A stretch of DNA of 64,000 nucleotides, taken from Octopus sinensis (lineage: Eukaryota). The position numbers and the translations under genes were made by a program. Position 1 is the stretch's first letter, and the number at the start of each line of letters is the position of its first letter. The notes below the pieces were generated by a model that was given only the letters and a program-made list of their open reading frames with translations, was not told the origin of the DNA and ran no database searches. The stretch lies in contig NC_043001.1 in the NCBI RefSeq assembly GCF_006345805.1, positions 46,314,001-46,378,000 on the forward strand, given 5' to 3'. Of this stretch, positions 12,295-25,206 are shown piece after piece.

Positions 12295-12960
12295 TCCATC
12301 TACACACGAGCAATCTATCCAGTTCATATCTACACATCCTATCTATTCAGTCAAGATTTACATACTTTTATCTATCCAGTCAACACAATTTTATGTTTCC
12401 AGTCAATACTTCTACAATCTACATTTCTAACTAGCGTCTACATACTGTCAATATTTACATACTCTTTATCTATCTGGTAAACGTCTACACACATTGACTA
12501 TCTGCCTAGTCAACATCTACACGCGTTTTCTATCTGTCGAGTCAAAATCCAGACACTGTCAATCTGGTCAGCATCTGTTCACTGACAGGTTTATCTAGTC
12601 AACATCTACACACTCTCTATCTTATCAACACATGCACCTGTCTATTCCTCCAGTCAATATCTATTTACTATCTAAGTCGGCAAGTTGGTAGAATCGTTAC
12701 TGCGCGGGGCAAAATGCTTAGCAGCATTTCGTCCATCTTTACGTTCTGAGTTCAAATTCCGCCGGGGTCGACTTCGCATTTTATCTTTTCGGTGTCGATA
12801 AAATAAGTACCATTTAAACACTGGGGTCCGTGTAATCGACTAGCCTCTCCATCAAAAAATTGCTGGCCTTGTACCAAAATTTGAAACCAGTACCTATATA
12901 TTATTTGCTTATCCAATCTACAACTGCACACTGTTTATATCCGGTCAATATCTACACACA
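12295..12960. repeat. Degenerate minisatellite (core TCTATCCAGTCAACATCTACACAC), interrupted by a SINE
   Basis: About 10-12 diverged occurrences of AGTCAA(C/T)ATCTACAC-like words at 12295-12680, resuming near 12900-12960. Confidence 0.65.
12680..12895 (+). mobile_element. Family A SINE with tail type 2
   Basis: GGCAAGTTGGTAGAATCGTTA...GAGTTCAAATTCCGCCGGGGTCGAC...AAAAATTGCTGGCCTTGTACCAAAATTTGAAACC. Confidence 0.85.
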
Positions 12961-14371
12961 CACACACACTCTCTCTCTCCCCTCCCTCTCCCCCTCTCCC
13001 TCTCCCTCCTCTCTCTCACACACACACATTCTTTCTGCTTCTACTTCACATCTAGTCGTTTTGTATATTTTATCTACTCAGCACTGGTCTGTTCATTTTA
13101 TAATATAAAAGATAAAATAAGAAAGATACCATCATCACAAAGCAAATAAAAGATGAAAAAACAACAAAACACGATAGAATAGAACAGCTTAATAGAATGG
13201 AAAAAACCAATAATATATGTCTGCGTACTTATTTATCTTTTTTGCGTTTTTGCATCAAAATGAAAAAAAACAAACTTTAAAGTTACCATTTTCTAACATT
13301 TTCTCCATTAAAAAACTTAGGAAAATAAAAACCATTTATATAGTTTTGGAATGAACACGAGAACCGATGTCGCTACTATTTCTGCAACTTCTACTATCAC
13401 TACTACCTTTGTGACAACTCATCTACGCCACCTCCACCACCAACACCAATAACAGCAATAGTAACAACATCAACAACAACAAAAACGAAATAAATTAAAT
13501 AAAATAAAATCAACAGAAACTGTAACATATACGAACAGCAGGAAAAAACAGACGTAGCAGCGGCAATGAGCTTCGGTCGTAGTTTAGTTTGAGTAAGCTA
13601 AGATATATGTGCAACACATGCAGTAAATAAGAAAGAAAAAAAGTTGTCAGAAATGAATGCACTTGTTTCACCCCGATTCAGCGATAGGCGAATAGTTTGT
13701 GTGTGTAATGTAAGCGAGTTTAGGTATCTATGTGCGTTTTGGTGTGTGTGCGTGTGTGTGAGAATGTGTGTCTGGGCGGGTGTGAGAGTGTTTGGGTATG
13801 CATGTATGGGAGGCATGTGTGTGTGTGTGTGTGTGTGTTTGGGTGCATGTATGCGTAAAATATATGTGTGTATATACATGCACGTACATACATGGGGTTG
13901 TTTATACAGATACATAATGTAGGTATAGATATATATATGTATATAGATATAGTATATATATATTATATATATATATATAGACTATATATATATATATATA
14001 TATTGTACTCACACACACGCGCATATAAATATACATACATATATATACACACACACACATGTGTGTGTATACATAGTAGATATGTGTGTGTATATGTAAT
14101 ACATGTATGTATATATATCTATATCTTATATACATACATACATGAATACATACATATATATATATATATACTTGCATATTCATACACATTCGTGCGTGTG
14201 AGTGCATGTGTGTGTGTGCGCGCGTATGCATGCGTGTGTGAATGTGTATGTAGGTATATGTAGCTACATGTGTATGTATGAGCGTGTACGCGTGTGTATG
14301 CACGTGTGTGTGTGTATGTGTGTGTAGATCGTGTCATCATCAGACAGTGGATGAGACCGTATGTCTTCGGT

Positions 14372-14444
<73 letters not shown>

Positions 14445-14940
14445 GAAGTAAATTTCATCATGTCAAGGATTTAATTTAGCAGACTCAGACGATCTTTGAT
14501 TTGGACACCCCGATGGGACTCCTGTAATTCTTATTGGTTGAAGCATTAGAAGTGGTGACTGTGGTGGTAGTGGTGTTGGCGATGGTGGTCTGCTGATATT
14601 ATTGACGTTGGCAAGTGATGGAGCTTTGAATGGTGGTGATGGTGGTAGTGATGGTAGTACTTGTGAAAGGGTATGTGTTCATGTGTGAGTGAAGGTCGAG
14701 AGAATGGCGGTTGTGCTGATAGTATCCGGGTATGTGTACGTGTATGGATTGGGGTATTTAACAATTCTTTACGCTATTAGTAATTGTAGTTTGTCTTTTG
14801 TGTACGCGCGTGTATACATACATACTTTCCCCATGTGTGTATGAGAGAGAGGAGAGAGAGAGAGAGAGAGATACATATATCTGTATACATTTATAAATAC
14901 ACACACCACACACACACACACATACACACATGTATATATA

Positions 14941-15350
14941 GGCGCAGGCATGGCTGTGTGGTAAGGAGCTTGCTACCCAGACACATGGATCCGGGTTCAG
15001 TCCCACTGCGTGGCACCTTGGGCAAGTGCCTTCTACTACAGCCTTGGGCCAAACCAAAACCTTGTGAGCGGATTTGGTAGACGGAAACTGAAAGAAGCCC
15101 GTCGTATATATGTGTGTGTGTGTGTATTGGTATATATGTGTGTGTATGTTTGTGTTTGTCACCTCCCCATCGCTTGACAAGCGATGTCGGTGTGTTTACG
15201 TACCGTAAATTAAAGGTTCGGCAAAAGAGACCGATAGAATAAGTACTAGGCTTACAAAGAATAAGTCCTGGGGTCGATTCGTTCGACTAAAGGCGTTGCT
15301 CTAGTATGGTCCAAGTCAAATGACTGAAACAAATAAAAGAATAAAAGATA
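14941..15350 (+). mobile_element. Full-length family B SINE (tRNA head, CORE-like segment, internal TA/TG microsatellite, 3' half)
   Basis: GGCGCAGGCATGGCTGTGTGGTAAG (A box), GGGTTCAGTCCC (B box), GGCACCTTGGGCAAGTG, then (TA)(TG)n, then TTGACAAGCGATG...GAATAAGTCCTGGGGTCGA...TGACTGAAACAAATAAAAGA. Confidence 0.88.
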
Positions 15351-15384
15351 TATATATATATATCTGTGTGTGTGTGTTTGTGTG

Positions 15385-15625
15385 TGTGGAGGTGTATAGC
15401 TTAGTGGTTAAGCTGTGAACTCGAGATCGTAAGAGTGTGATTTCGATTCAGGGACTGGGCGGTCCGTTGTGTTTTGGAGCAAAACACTTCATTTCATGTT
15501 GCCCCAGTCCACTCAGCTGGCAAAAATGTGTAACCCTTGCGACTGATTGGCTTCCAATCTAGAAGCGAATGCATACGTCACAGAATCCGAGGAAACAGGC
15601 CTATGGCTGTCGAAAGACCACCTCT
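15385..15625 (+). mobile_element. Decayed tRNA/CORE-type SINE (family C)
   Basis: GTGGAGGTGTATAGCTTAGTGGTTAAG...TTCGATTCA...GAGCAAAACACTTCATTTCATGTTGCCCCAGTCCACTCAGCTGGC. Related to 28275-28595 and 37333-37604. Confidence 0.65.
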
Positions 15626-16190
15626 GATACGTGTGTGTTTACGTACATACATACATACATATGCATACACACATACATAATGTATGTGTGTGTTTTTGCA
15701 GCCACTCTTTTTTTCCAACCAGCCACCTTCTTACATCACCCTACCCCCATGAAACCTCCTGTATTTGCCCCTTTACATCACGCATCCTTATACAATCATC
15801 CTATATCAAACCCCTTACATTCACCTCTGGCTCCATATTCACTTACATCACCTCCCTTATGTCACTCACGTACGTCACCCGCGTGACATCACATACGTCC
15901 GTACGTCATGCAACCCTTACATCACACACACACACACACTCCATGTTTAAGGGCCACTTCTTAATATGTTACGATCGACCCACCCAGGTATAATCAGAAA
16001 CATCGTCTGCAAGTAGTGCGGGGTCAGATTGAATATATCTTACCCTACAGGCGTATATGAACAGACATTATCTTAGTGTTAAAGGGGTGGTTCTTATCAG
16101 TAGACGAAGGAAGGGGTGAGGAGAGTGGGCAAGTGAGGTATAGTTAGACACATGCAAATACATGCACACTGGCTGTGAGACAGTTAGAAT

Positions 16191-16226
<36 letters not shown>

Positions 16227-16487
16227 CAAAGAGAGAGAGAGCGAGAGAGAGGGAGAAACAGACAGACTGATAGAAAGAAAGAGAGAGGGTTAGACAGAAA
16301 GAGTGTCAGCGTTAGTGAGAAAAGAGAGCGAAAGAAAGATAAAGGAAGGGAGTAGAAGAGAGAGTACGACTAATGAACAATGAATTATTGAGAGAAAGAG
16401 AGAGAGGGAGAGAGAAACAGAGAGAGTGATAGAGAGACATAGTGAAAGAGAGAGAGGGAGAGAGAGAGAGTCATATCTATCTATCTA

Positions 16488-16588
<101 letters not shown>

Positions 16589-17134
16589 TCTGTCTGTCTG
16601 ACTGTCTGTCTGACTGTCTGACTGTTTGTCTTTCTATCTATTTATCTATTTTAATATTTCTTTGTGTGAGTGTGCGTGTGCGCGCGCAAGTGTCATAAAA
16701 ATATCTCGAAAATGTGAAAAAAGTTTATTTCTATGTAAAGCAAAAGAGCAAAAGAGGGAAAATTTTACCAAATAAGGCTTAGAGCCATAATATGATATAT
16801 AATGACTTCACGCCAAGAAAAAAATATTGGTTACAATTATTGAAGTATAGTTTATAGTTTTTCTTTGTACACGAATGTACTAAGTAGTAAACTCACGTTA
16901 TTGTCGTTGTTGTTGTTGTTGGTGGTGGTGGTGGCAGTAGTGAGTGAAAATATTGTGGGTCAGACTTGAACCAGCTCAAAGAAAATAAAGCAAGAACAAA
17001 GTATGTTGCAAATACCAGTGCCTCTTTGCTCGACGAATTATCTAGGAAGGTATGCTGAGGAAAGTGACAAATCTTTGAACTCCTTTTTTGAACATGAAGT
17101 TAGCTTCTATATGCCCGTGAAAGAGGAGCTAGAG

Positions 17135-17392
17135 CAGTGGTTCTCAACTGGGGTCTAAATGGACCTTGGGGGGCGGTCCATGTAAGATTTTGCTGTTAAA
17201 ACTTATCTGCAATAAATTGATTATACTGCTACATTACACAGAATATTTTAATAATTATTTTCCTATAATTCCTAAAAGTAGTTATCTATAAAAATATAAT
17301 AGGATCTTCAAATCATCGAATGGGTAGGAAGATCCATCCTAGGAAAATAGGAATTAAAGGGTTCCATAGCTAAAAATGGTTGAGAACCATTG
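17135..17392. mobile_element. hAT (Charlie-type) MITE
   Basis: TIRs CAGTGGTTCTCAAC / GTTGAGAACCATTG. 8-bp TSD AGCTAGAG / ACCTAGAG (7 of 8 match). Confidence 0.88.
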
Positions 17393-18154
17393 ACCTAGAG
17401 GAAATCTGATTGAGGTGTGATTCATCGATGTGAGCAAAGCGTATGGAAGTGTACGTTTTATAAAGTAGAAGAAGAAACGGTGAAGAAACACACCAGATTA
17501 CAGGTTTGTGCCACAGTATATGGGTGTCAGGAAGATTAGCTTTATGATATATTGTATTTAGTTTGCGTACTAAATTTCTAACCTGTCTTCACCCCATTTT
17601 CACCAAATAAATAATATGGCACCGGCAGTTTCCATGGTAACCAAAGTTTTAATATATTATATTTCGTTTTCTGTTTCCGCACACCGCACCTTATACATAC
17701 ATACATACATACATACATACATACATACATACATACATACATACATACATACATACATACATGTATATATATACACATGAAAACGCATACACACACACAA
17801 ACGCATACATACATACACACACACACATAGATTTGTTGGAGCAAGCAGGAGAAATGGAACGGATTAGAAGGAAGTTTATACATACATACATACATATACA
17901 CAAACACACACACACACACACATATATATGTAAGACTCGTTACACAACTGACTGAAGTACAATGCACGAAGCAATTGGCTCTTATTACTAAATCGTTACC
18001 ACACCAGAGAAAATGCTTAGTGGCGTTTTTTGCGGTTTAAAATTCTCATTTAAAATTCCACTAAAGTCGACTTTGGTCTTTATCCTTTCGAGGTCGAAAT
18101 TTGAGAAATGGGGTAAGGAGCTAATTGATACCATCAAATGTAATCAACTAGCCT

Positions 18155-18537
18155 AGTTAGAATTTTCTTCAGGTCGAGTATCCCATCCCGCTCAAAAGGT
18201 CCCTGAATAAAGGTTGTTTAAGGATGTTAATCAAAACACGCCATGTTTCCAGAGGTGAATTATTAAAAAAATCCAAAGAATTCCTCTCAACACACGGTTA
18301 TGATGCTCCCCCAAAGACTCCTGGTCATGATCAAAGATGCACCTTTCGTCAGCCACTAAGGGACATGCTTAACTGGTTAAGGTCAAGCAACTGACAAGCA
18401 AGTCTGTGGTATTGAGCAGAATATTTGCTGTAGTCCATCTTTTATACCAAGACAAAACAATGTACCTGATAATACTTCCAATCAGTTAAGATCAGAAGCC
18501 ATGAGAACCACTGCTTCATACTGCACCAGAGTATTTA
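18155..18537 (-). mobile_element. TAA-embedded non-coding element, copy 2 (3'-truncated)
   Basis: Reverse complement of 361-730. Its 5' end abuts (TTA)n at 18535-18600. Confidence 0.88.
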
Positions 18538-18546
18538 TTATTATTA

Positions 18547-18599
<53 letters not shown>

Positions 18600-18601
<2 letters not shown>

Positions 18602-18800
18602 TGTCCCCTACTATCGGTTGGCAGCCGGTGTTGGTGTGTTTATATCCTCGTAACTTACCGGTTCGGCAAAACAGTCCGATAAAGTAAGTACCAGGCTAAA
18701 AAAAAAATGAAGTGCTGGAGTCGATTTATTCGATTAAAAATTCTTCAAGGCGGTGCCCAAGCATGGCCGCAGTCTAATGATTGAAACAAGTAAAAAATAA
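18600..18800 (+). mobile_element. Family B SINE 3' half
   Basis: TTTGTCCCCTACTATCGGTTGGCAGCCGGTGTTGGTG...TTCAAGGCGGTGCCCAAGCATGGCCGCAGTC. Confidence 0.75.
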
Positions 18801-18821
18801 AAATATTATTCTTATTATTGC

Positions 18822-18868
<47 letters not shown>

Positions 18869-19119
18869 TGATAGCGGTTACGCAATCGGAAGGCCAGAAA
18901 TTATTAGCAGAATTGGATTACGTCCTTTACATTTTGAGCTTAAACATCTCGTTTAGGTTAAATCTTGCCTTTCGTCCTTCTGAAGTGGAAAACAAATAAA
19001 CAAGCGAAGAAGCAAAAGCGAAACAGGCAAGCGAAAGAAGCAGTCAAACATGCATTGATTGGTTTGGTATAATTATCGATGCCGTCTTCATGAAGTTGTC
19101 TGGCGACAATCTTAGAAAT

Positions 19120-19525
19120 CATCGTCATCATCATCGTCGTCTTCATCTTTATCATCATCATCATCATCATCATCATCACCACCACTACATCATCATCATC
19201 ATCATCACCACCATCATTATCGTCATCATCCCCATCATCATCGTCGTCGTCATCATCATTATCATCATCGTCATGGTCCTCGTCATCATCGTCACCACAT
19301 CCCTTTCGTCATTCCACCTCCACCTGGACTATCTCCTCCTCCTCCTCCTCATCATCATCATCATCTTCACCATCATCATCATCATCGTATTTATCATTGC
19401 TGTCGCCACCACTACCACCACCACTTTACCCCCACCACCATCATAACCACTACAACCATTATTTCTTCTAATATTGCTACCCTTATATAGTTAGCTTCCT
19501 CTCTATTTTGAGCAGCCTTTCTTGC

Positions 19526-19565
<40 letters not shown>

Positions 19566-19570
19566 GATGC
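19120..19570. repeat. Compound (CAT/CAC/CCT/ATT) triplet microsatellite
   Basis: Directly visible; source of the poly-His and poly-Ile pseudo-ORFs. Confidence 0.9.
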
Positions 19571-20740
19571 TGTTGTTCTTGTTATTTATATATTTATTGC
19601 ATGTAACTCAGTTATTGTTTCTTGTTTGATGCTTTAGCTTACATTTTGCTTTTGTCCCGTACCCCAAACATATTAAAACCCTTATGGTCAAAAAACAAAA
19701 TCATTTATATTAATGTTTAGGCGTTATTGTTCTAATTGCAGGTGTTGCTGTTGTTGCTGGTGCTGTTAAAGTAATAAACGCTATTCTTATTTCTGTTGTG
19801 ACTATTGTCGGTTACTTTCGATATGCTCCTAGTTTCACTTTCTTTATTTCTTTGTTGCGTGTACGTGTGTCTGTGTATTTATGTGTTTGTGTGTGTGTAT
19901 GAGTGAGTGTGTGTGTGTGTGTGTTGTGTGTGTGTGTGTGTGTGTGTGTGTGCATGAGTTTGCATTTCATTGTTCTATTGGTGGTATACATATATAAAAC
20001 CTACTCATTCACCCATACATCCATACGGACGCTCGTTTTCTTTATTAAACTCGCACATATATCGACAAATTTACGTGGGTGCACGCGCCCACTCACACGC
20101 ACATTCACCACAAGCATAGACACAAACACACATACACACACGCATACACGTGTGTTTATCGATTTAGACAAATTTTTAAAAAGCACAAAAGGCGAGAGAA
20201 AAAAGAGAAACGAGATAAAGAGAGAGAGATAAAACTTATAGAAGTCTGTTTTTGATAATCATTTTCCTCTTTGTATATAAATATAAATCAATATAAATAC
20301 GAAAAAAAAAAAGAAAGCAAAATGAGCGAAACAAAATCACTAAAAAATATAATTAAACCCACAGCAAAAAATATGGCAACGAAATAAAAAAAAAATGGCG
20401 GCTGTAACAAAAATAACCTAAGCCTTTACTAGAGGCGCCAACCATAGTAAACAGCTACTTGTTGCTTGCTGTAATATTAACATCGTATCTGATTAGACAT
20501 TGCTTTTCCTTGATTCCCACACTACGAACAATCAGCTTCGCATTCATTGTTTAATATACAAAACCCCCTTGTCAGCCAAACCTCTCCGGACATGAACAGA
20601 AGGACGAGCACGCAAACGCACACATGATCACCCACCAACTCTTTTTCTCTTTCCATTATTCGTAGACAAACACATATGCTCTATCTTTTCATCCATTCAT
20701 CTATATCTATCTATATATCTATCTATCTTTTCATCCATTC

Positions 20741-20805
<65 letters not shown>

Positions 20806-20829
20806 ATATATAGGTCTGCATTTACAATC

Positions 20830-20879
<50 letters not shown>

Positions 20880-20984
20880 CTGAGAAGGTTGTATTTCAAA
20901 TTAGTTGTATTTTCTGGTGGACTGACTTTAATCATAAATACAACCATAATATGTGAACCATTGCGGAAAGATAGCCAACAACAA

Positions 20985-21023
20985 CAACAATATCAACTGC
21001 TGCTGCTGCTGTTACTACTACTA

Positions 21024-21087
<64 letters not shown>

Positions 21088-21350
21088 TCTACTGCTGCTA
21101 CTACTGCTGCTGTCGCTACTACTGCTGCCGATGCCACTTCTGTTGCTGCTGCTGCTGCTAATGTAGACAACAATACCCACTAAGACGACAACAGCGATAA
21201 TGATAATAAGGATGCTGAGGGGGATGCTGAAGACGGTGACAATGATGACGATGACAACGAGAAGACGACCATGATGGTAATGATAATGATGACGACCATG
21301 ATGGTGATGATGATGATAACGACGATAATTATGATGATGATAATGATGAT
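20985..21350. repeat. Compound (CTG/CTA/GAT) triplet microsatellite
   Basis: Directly visible. Confidence 0.9.
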
Positions 21351-21419
21351 CTTGACGAGAACGTCGTGATGTAATCCTTTGTGACTTGTGACTAATAATA
21401 AACAGAAGCACAATGAGAG

Positions 21420-21459
<40 letters not shown>

Positions 21460-21494
21460 ATATATATATATATATAATATATATTATTTATATA

Positions 21495-21587
<93 letters not shown>

Positions 21588-22089
21588 GGGTTATCAAAAC
21601 ACGGAGTAAAAATCACAAAATATAGACTAAAAGAACACACTAAGCCCCCATCATCTATACACATCATCATGTATACAGGCGTGCGCCGCATACACTTAGT
21701 TGCACAGGCGTACACATACACACACGCGGCACACACCACACACACGTATATATATATTATGTCATCCATGTAGTTCACTTGGGACTTTTGATATGCAGAG
21801 TCTGTTTGATTCCATTGCAGAACTACAAAATTTAAACAGAATCAAAAGCGACGATATATCAACCAAGTAGTATAAAAAGTGCACAAGCACATCCACAGCA
21901 TATTGAGAATAAGTTAAACACGCGCGCGCACACACTCACATTCACTCACGCATAGTCACATACATATATGCATGTGTATGTGTGTGTATATATATATGTA
22001 GTATATGTGTATGTTCGTGTGTGTGCGAGTATATACACACTTACAGACACAGTCATTCATATATTATTACATGTGTGGATATTTCTATA

Positions 22090-22260
22090 TTGGTAGGCTT
22101 GCTTGCGTTCCTCAGAAGTTCGGTCTGCAACAACGTAGTTACAGATCTAATCCCACAATGCGGTACCTGAGGTATGTAACTTCTATAACAGCCAAGGACC
22201 GACGAAAATCTTGTGAATGAAATTTTTGAAGATGGAAACTGAAAAAGGCCATCGCCTTAT
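22090..22260 (+). mobile_element. Heavily decayed family B SINE 5' half
   Basis: AATCCCACAATGCGGTACCTGAGG...GATGGAAACTGAAAAAGGCCATCG aligns to the family B AGTCCCACTGCGTGGCACCTTGGG...GACGGAAACTGAAAGAAGCCCGTCG. Confidence 0.65.
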
Positions 22261-22274
22261 ATATATATATATTA

Positions 22275-22393
<119 letters not shown>

Positions 22394-22409
22394 TATATAT
22401 ATATATAAT

Positions 22410-22454
<45 letters not shown>

Positions 22455-22457
<3 letters not shown>

Positions 22458-22750
22458 ACATATACATCTTCTTCTTCCCAGACAAGGAAGAGAAATTATA
22501 TACAATGGTTAATATGTTCTATTTTATGCAGCATGGAAATGTTCCTAGTTTTCAGTTTCCAGATGTAGCGGGAGAACGCCGAATCATATTTTCTAATAAG
22601 GTTTCAAAAGGTATAGATGTGTTGGTCGTAACATTGTTTAAAGAGATTAGATGTCACGTCTAGTTATCCATTCTGCTTGTATGCATATCAGAACCGGGTC
22701 AGATATATCTGGTCAGATATATCCCTTCTCTTCCTGAACCAATACCTTCT
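22455..22750 (-). mobile_element. Penelope-like element GIY-YIG endonuclease remnant
   Basis: Minus strand translates [37 protein letters not shown], matching the PLE pattern T...FK.RY..H..SF......LS.YIW.LK. Confidence 0.7.
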
Positions 22751-23166
22751 AGAATAATAATAATAATGATAAAAATTCTGTTCCTTATATGTTATAGCAG
22801 TTTTGACCAGGTTCCCAGAGAATCGCAACAGAATTAAAAAACTAATAAAGAATATAATACATTTACTTTGAAATATTTAGTACTTTATTATTTTCTGTTC
22901 GCGTGTACATGCGTGTGTGTGCGTGTATGTATGCGTGTGTAATGAGTAATCATATTAAAGAATAATTATATTGATGCGTATATTTAACTTAGCTATTTAT
23001 TTCCATTATTTTTATCCGGCTGTGAAAAATGTCGCTCATTGTCATCTGACTTCAATAAATAGATTATTAGAACATCGTATATAAAAGACGTAAAAATTAC
23101 CCAGCAAATGATGACTTATATTCACTTATTTGTATTGTTTTTTTTTAAATAAATTCTGCTGTTGTT

Positions 23167-23207
<41 letters not shown>

Positions 23208-23299
23208 GCGGCTGTTGATCTTGTTGTTGTTCTTCTTCTTCGTCGTCGTCGTTGTCTTCTTCTTCTTATTATTATTATTTTTATTATTATTATTATTAG

Positions 23300-23501
23300 T
23301 CAGTAAAGCGACGAGCTGGAAGAATCGTTGGCACGCCGGGCAAAATGCTTAGCGGCATTTCGTCCGTCTTTACGTTCTGCGTTCAAATTCCGCCGAAGTC
23401 GACTTTGCTTTTCATCCTGTCAGGGTCAATAAATTAAGTACTAGTGTATTCGACTAGTCCCTTCCCCCAAACTTTCAGACCTTGTGCCCTTAGTAGAAAG
23501 G

Positions 23502-23510
<9 letters not shown>
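23300..23510 (+). mobile_element. Family A SINE with tail type 3
   Basis: GCGACGAGCTGGAAGAATCGTTGGCACGCCGGGC...CAAACTTTCAGACCTTGTGCCCTTAGTAGAAAGG-(ATT)n. Confidence 0.85.
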
Positions 23511-23536
<26 letters not shown>

Positions 23537-23599
23537 TATTATTACTATCATTATTACTATTACTATCATCATCATCATCATCATCAATCATCATCATCA

Positions 23600-24030
23600 T
23601 CAAGACGGCAAGCTGGTAGAATCGTTAGCTCTCGGGCAAAATTCTTAGCGCCATTTTGCCCATGTTTACGTTCTGAGTCCAAATTTCGCCATGGTCGACC
23701 TTACCTTCCATCCCTTCGGGGCTGAAAAGATAAGTACCGGTCGAACACTGGGGTCGATGTACTCGACTTACCTCTTCCCTAAAATTGCTGAATTTGTGCC
23801 AAAATTCTCTTTCTCACGGTTCTGGATTAACAAGAATAGTTGGAACGTCAGGAAAGAATGACCCATATTCTGCTTTCAAATCTCGCTGAAGTCGATGTTG
23901 TCTTTCATCATACTTTGGAGGTCGATAAAATAAAGCACCTGTCTAATAATGGGGTCGATTGTATCCCAACCACCTACTCGTCTCAGAGGATCAGTGAAGA
24001 GTTACGTGTATTGAATTTCCCCCCTGAATA
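23600..24030 (+). mobile_element. Two further decayed family A SINEs (about 23600-23815 and 23835-24030)
   Basis: Each has a GAGT/TTCAAAT B-box region followed by GTCGATAAAATAAGTAC-like and GGGGTCGAT words. Confidence 0.7.
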
Positions 24031-24036
24031 AAATAA

Positions 24037-24360
24037 CATCATCAGCCAGATGTACCCCCGGTATCCAGGGTTCGGCTTGCCACGACTCTCCAATTCCCTC
24101 TGTGCTGTGCCGCGTGCATACAGTCACTCAGATTCTTGTTTCCAACCCATTCCTTGATATAGTCAGTTCACAAACGTCTCTGACAACCTCCTGTTCTCGA
24201 CCCCTTCACACTTACCGTCAGGTTGATCTTGGGCAATGATTCGTGGCGCATTCTATGTTCAAAGTATGATAGCTTTATGGAATCGATTCTCGGCAACAGA
24301 AGTCTTTGAACTTTCAGTTTTCTAGTACTTCAGTGTTTGTTACCCTGTCTTTCCAGCTTA
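24037..24360 (-). mobile_element. 3' end of an RTE-clade LINE (ORF C-terminus remnant)
   Basis: Minus strand, with frameshifts: SWKDRVTNTEVL / KLSYFEHRMRHESLPKINLTVSVKGSRTGGCQRRL*TDYIKEWVG...AAQHRGNWR. Ends in TGATGATG. Confidence 0.8.
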
Positions 24361-24864
24361 TTTTAAAATATAGAATATAAATTAACCAAATTTTTTCTTT
24401 GACTCTATTATAAATCTTCAACTGATTTTATGACGTGGATCAGAAGATATTATAACATGAATCAACAAATGCTACAACGGAGATGTAGATCAACATGCTA
24501 TAAAGCAATCTTAGCATATGTTAACTTGTTGATCAACATATGTTTATAGAGTAACATGTTCTGACCTGAATCAACGTATACTACGATGGGAATTAACATA
24601 TATTATGATGTGAATCTGTGGTAAGGATCAGCATGCTATGACACGTACCATCATCATTTAACTTAGGTTAACTCATGTAATACACATGAAAAATAATAAT
24701 AATCATGGTGATGATGATGATGCTAATGATGATGATGGCAATGTCGGTCCTTTGCATTACAAGTTCAGTCCACCACACAGGTTTCCTTACAGTTTCCGTC
24801 AACTCAATTTCACTCCCAATTCTTGAGTTGACCCACCTTTCCTCTCTCAGAGAAGTCATCATAG

Positions 24865-25015
24865 TATCTTCCAACGTTTGAAACCTTATTGGAAAATATG
24901 ATTCGGCGCACTCCCGCTACATCTGGAAACTGAAAACTAGGAACATTCCATACTACATAAGATAGAACTTATTAACCAGAGTATACAAATTTCTCTTCCT
25001 TGTCCGAGGAAGAAA
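24865..25015 (+). mobile_element. Second copy of the PLE GIY-YIG remnant, followed by (GAA)n
   Basis: Translates [24 protein letters not shown]; inverted homolog of 22455-22610. Confidence 0.75.
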
Positions 25016-25158
25016 AGAAGAAGAAGAAGAAGAAGAAGACGACGAAGAAGAAGAAGAAGAAGAAGAAGAAGAAGAAGAAGAGAAGAAGAAGAAGAAGAAG
25101 AAGAAGAAGAAGAAGAAAAAAGAAGGGAGGAAGGAAGGAAGAAGAAGATAATAATAAT

Positions 25159-25197
<39 letters not shown>

Positions 25198-25206
25198 TAA
25201 TATCTA

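Noticed and set aside
22116-22178. Apparent micro-exon CAG/AAGTTCGG...CTGAG/GTATGT with one open frame
   Set aside because: The sequence aligns to the family B SINE head and CORE-like segment, so the splice-like motifs are incidental.
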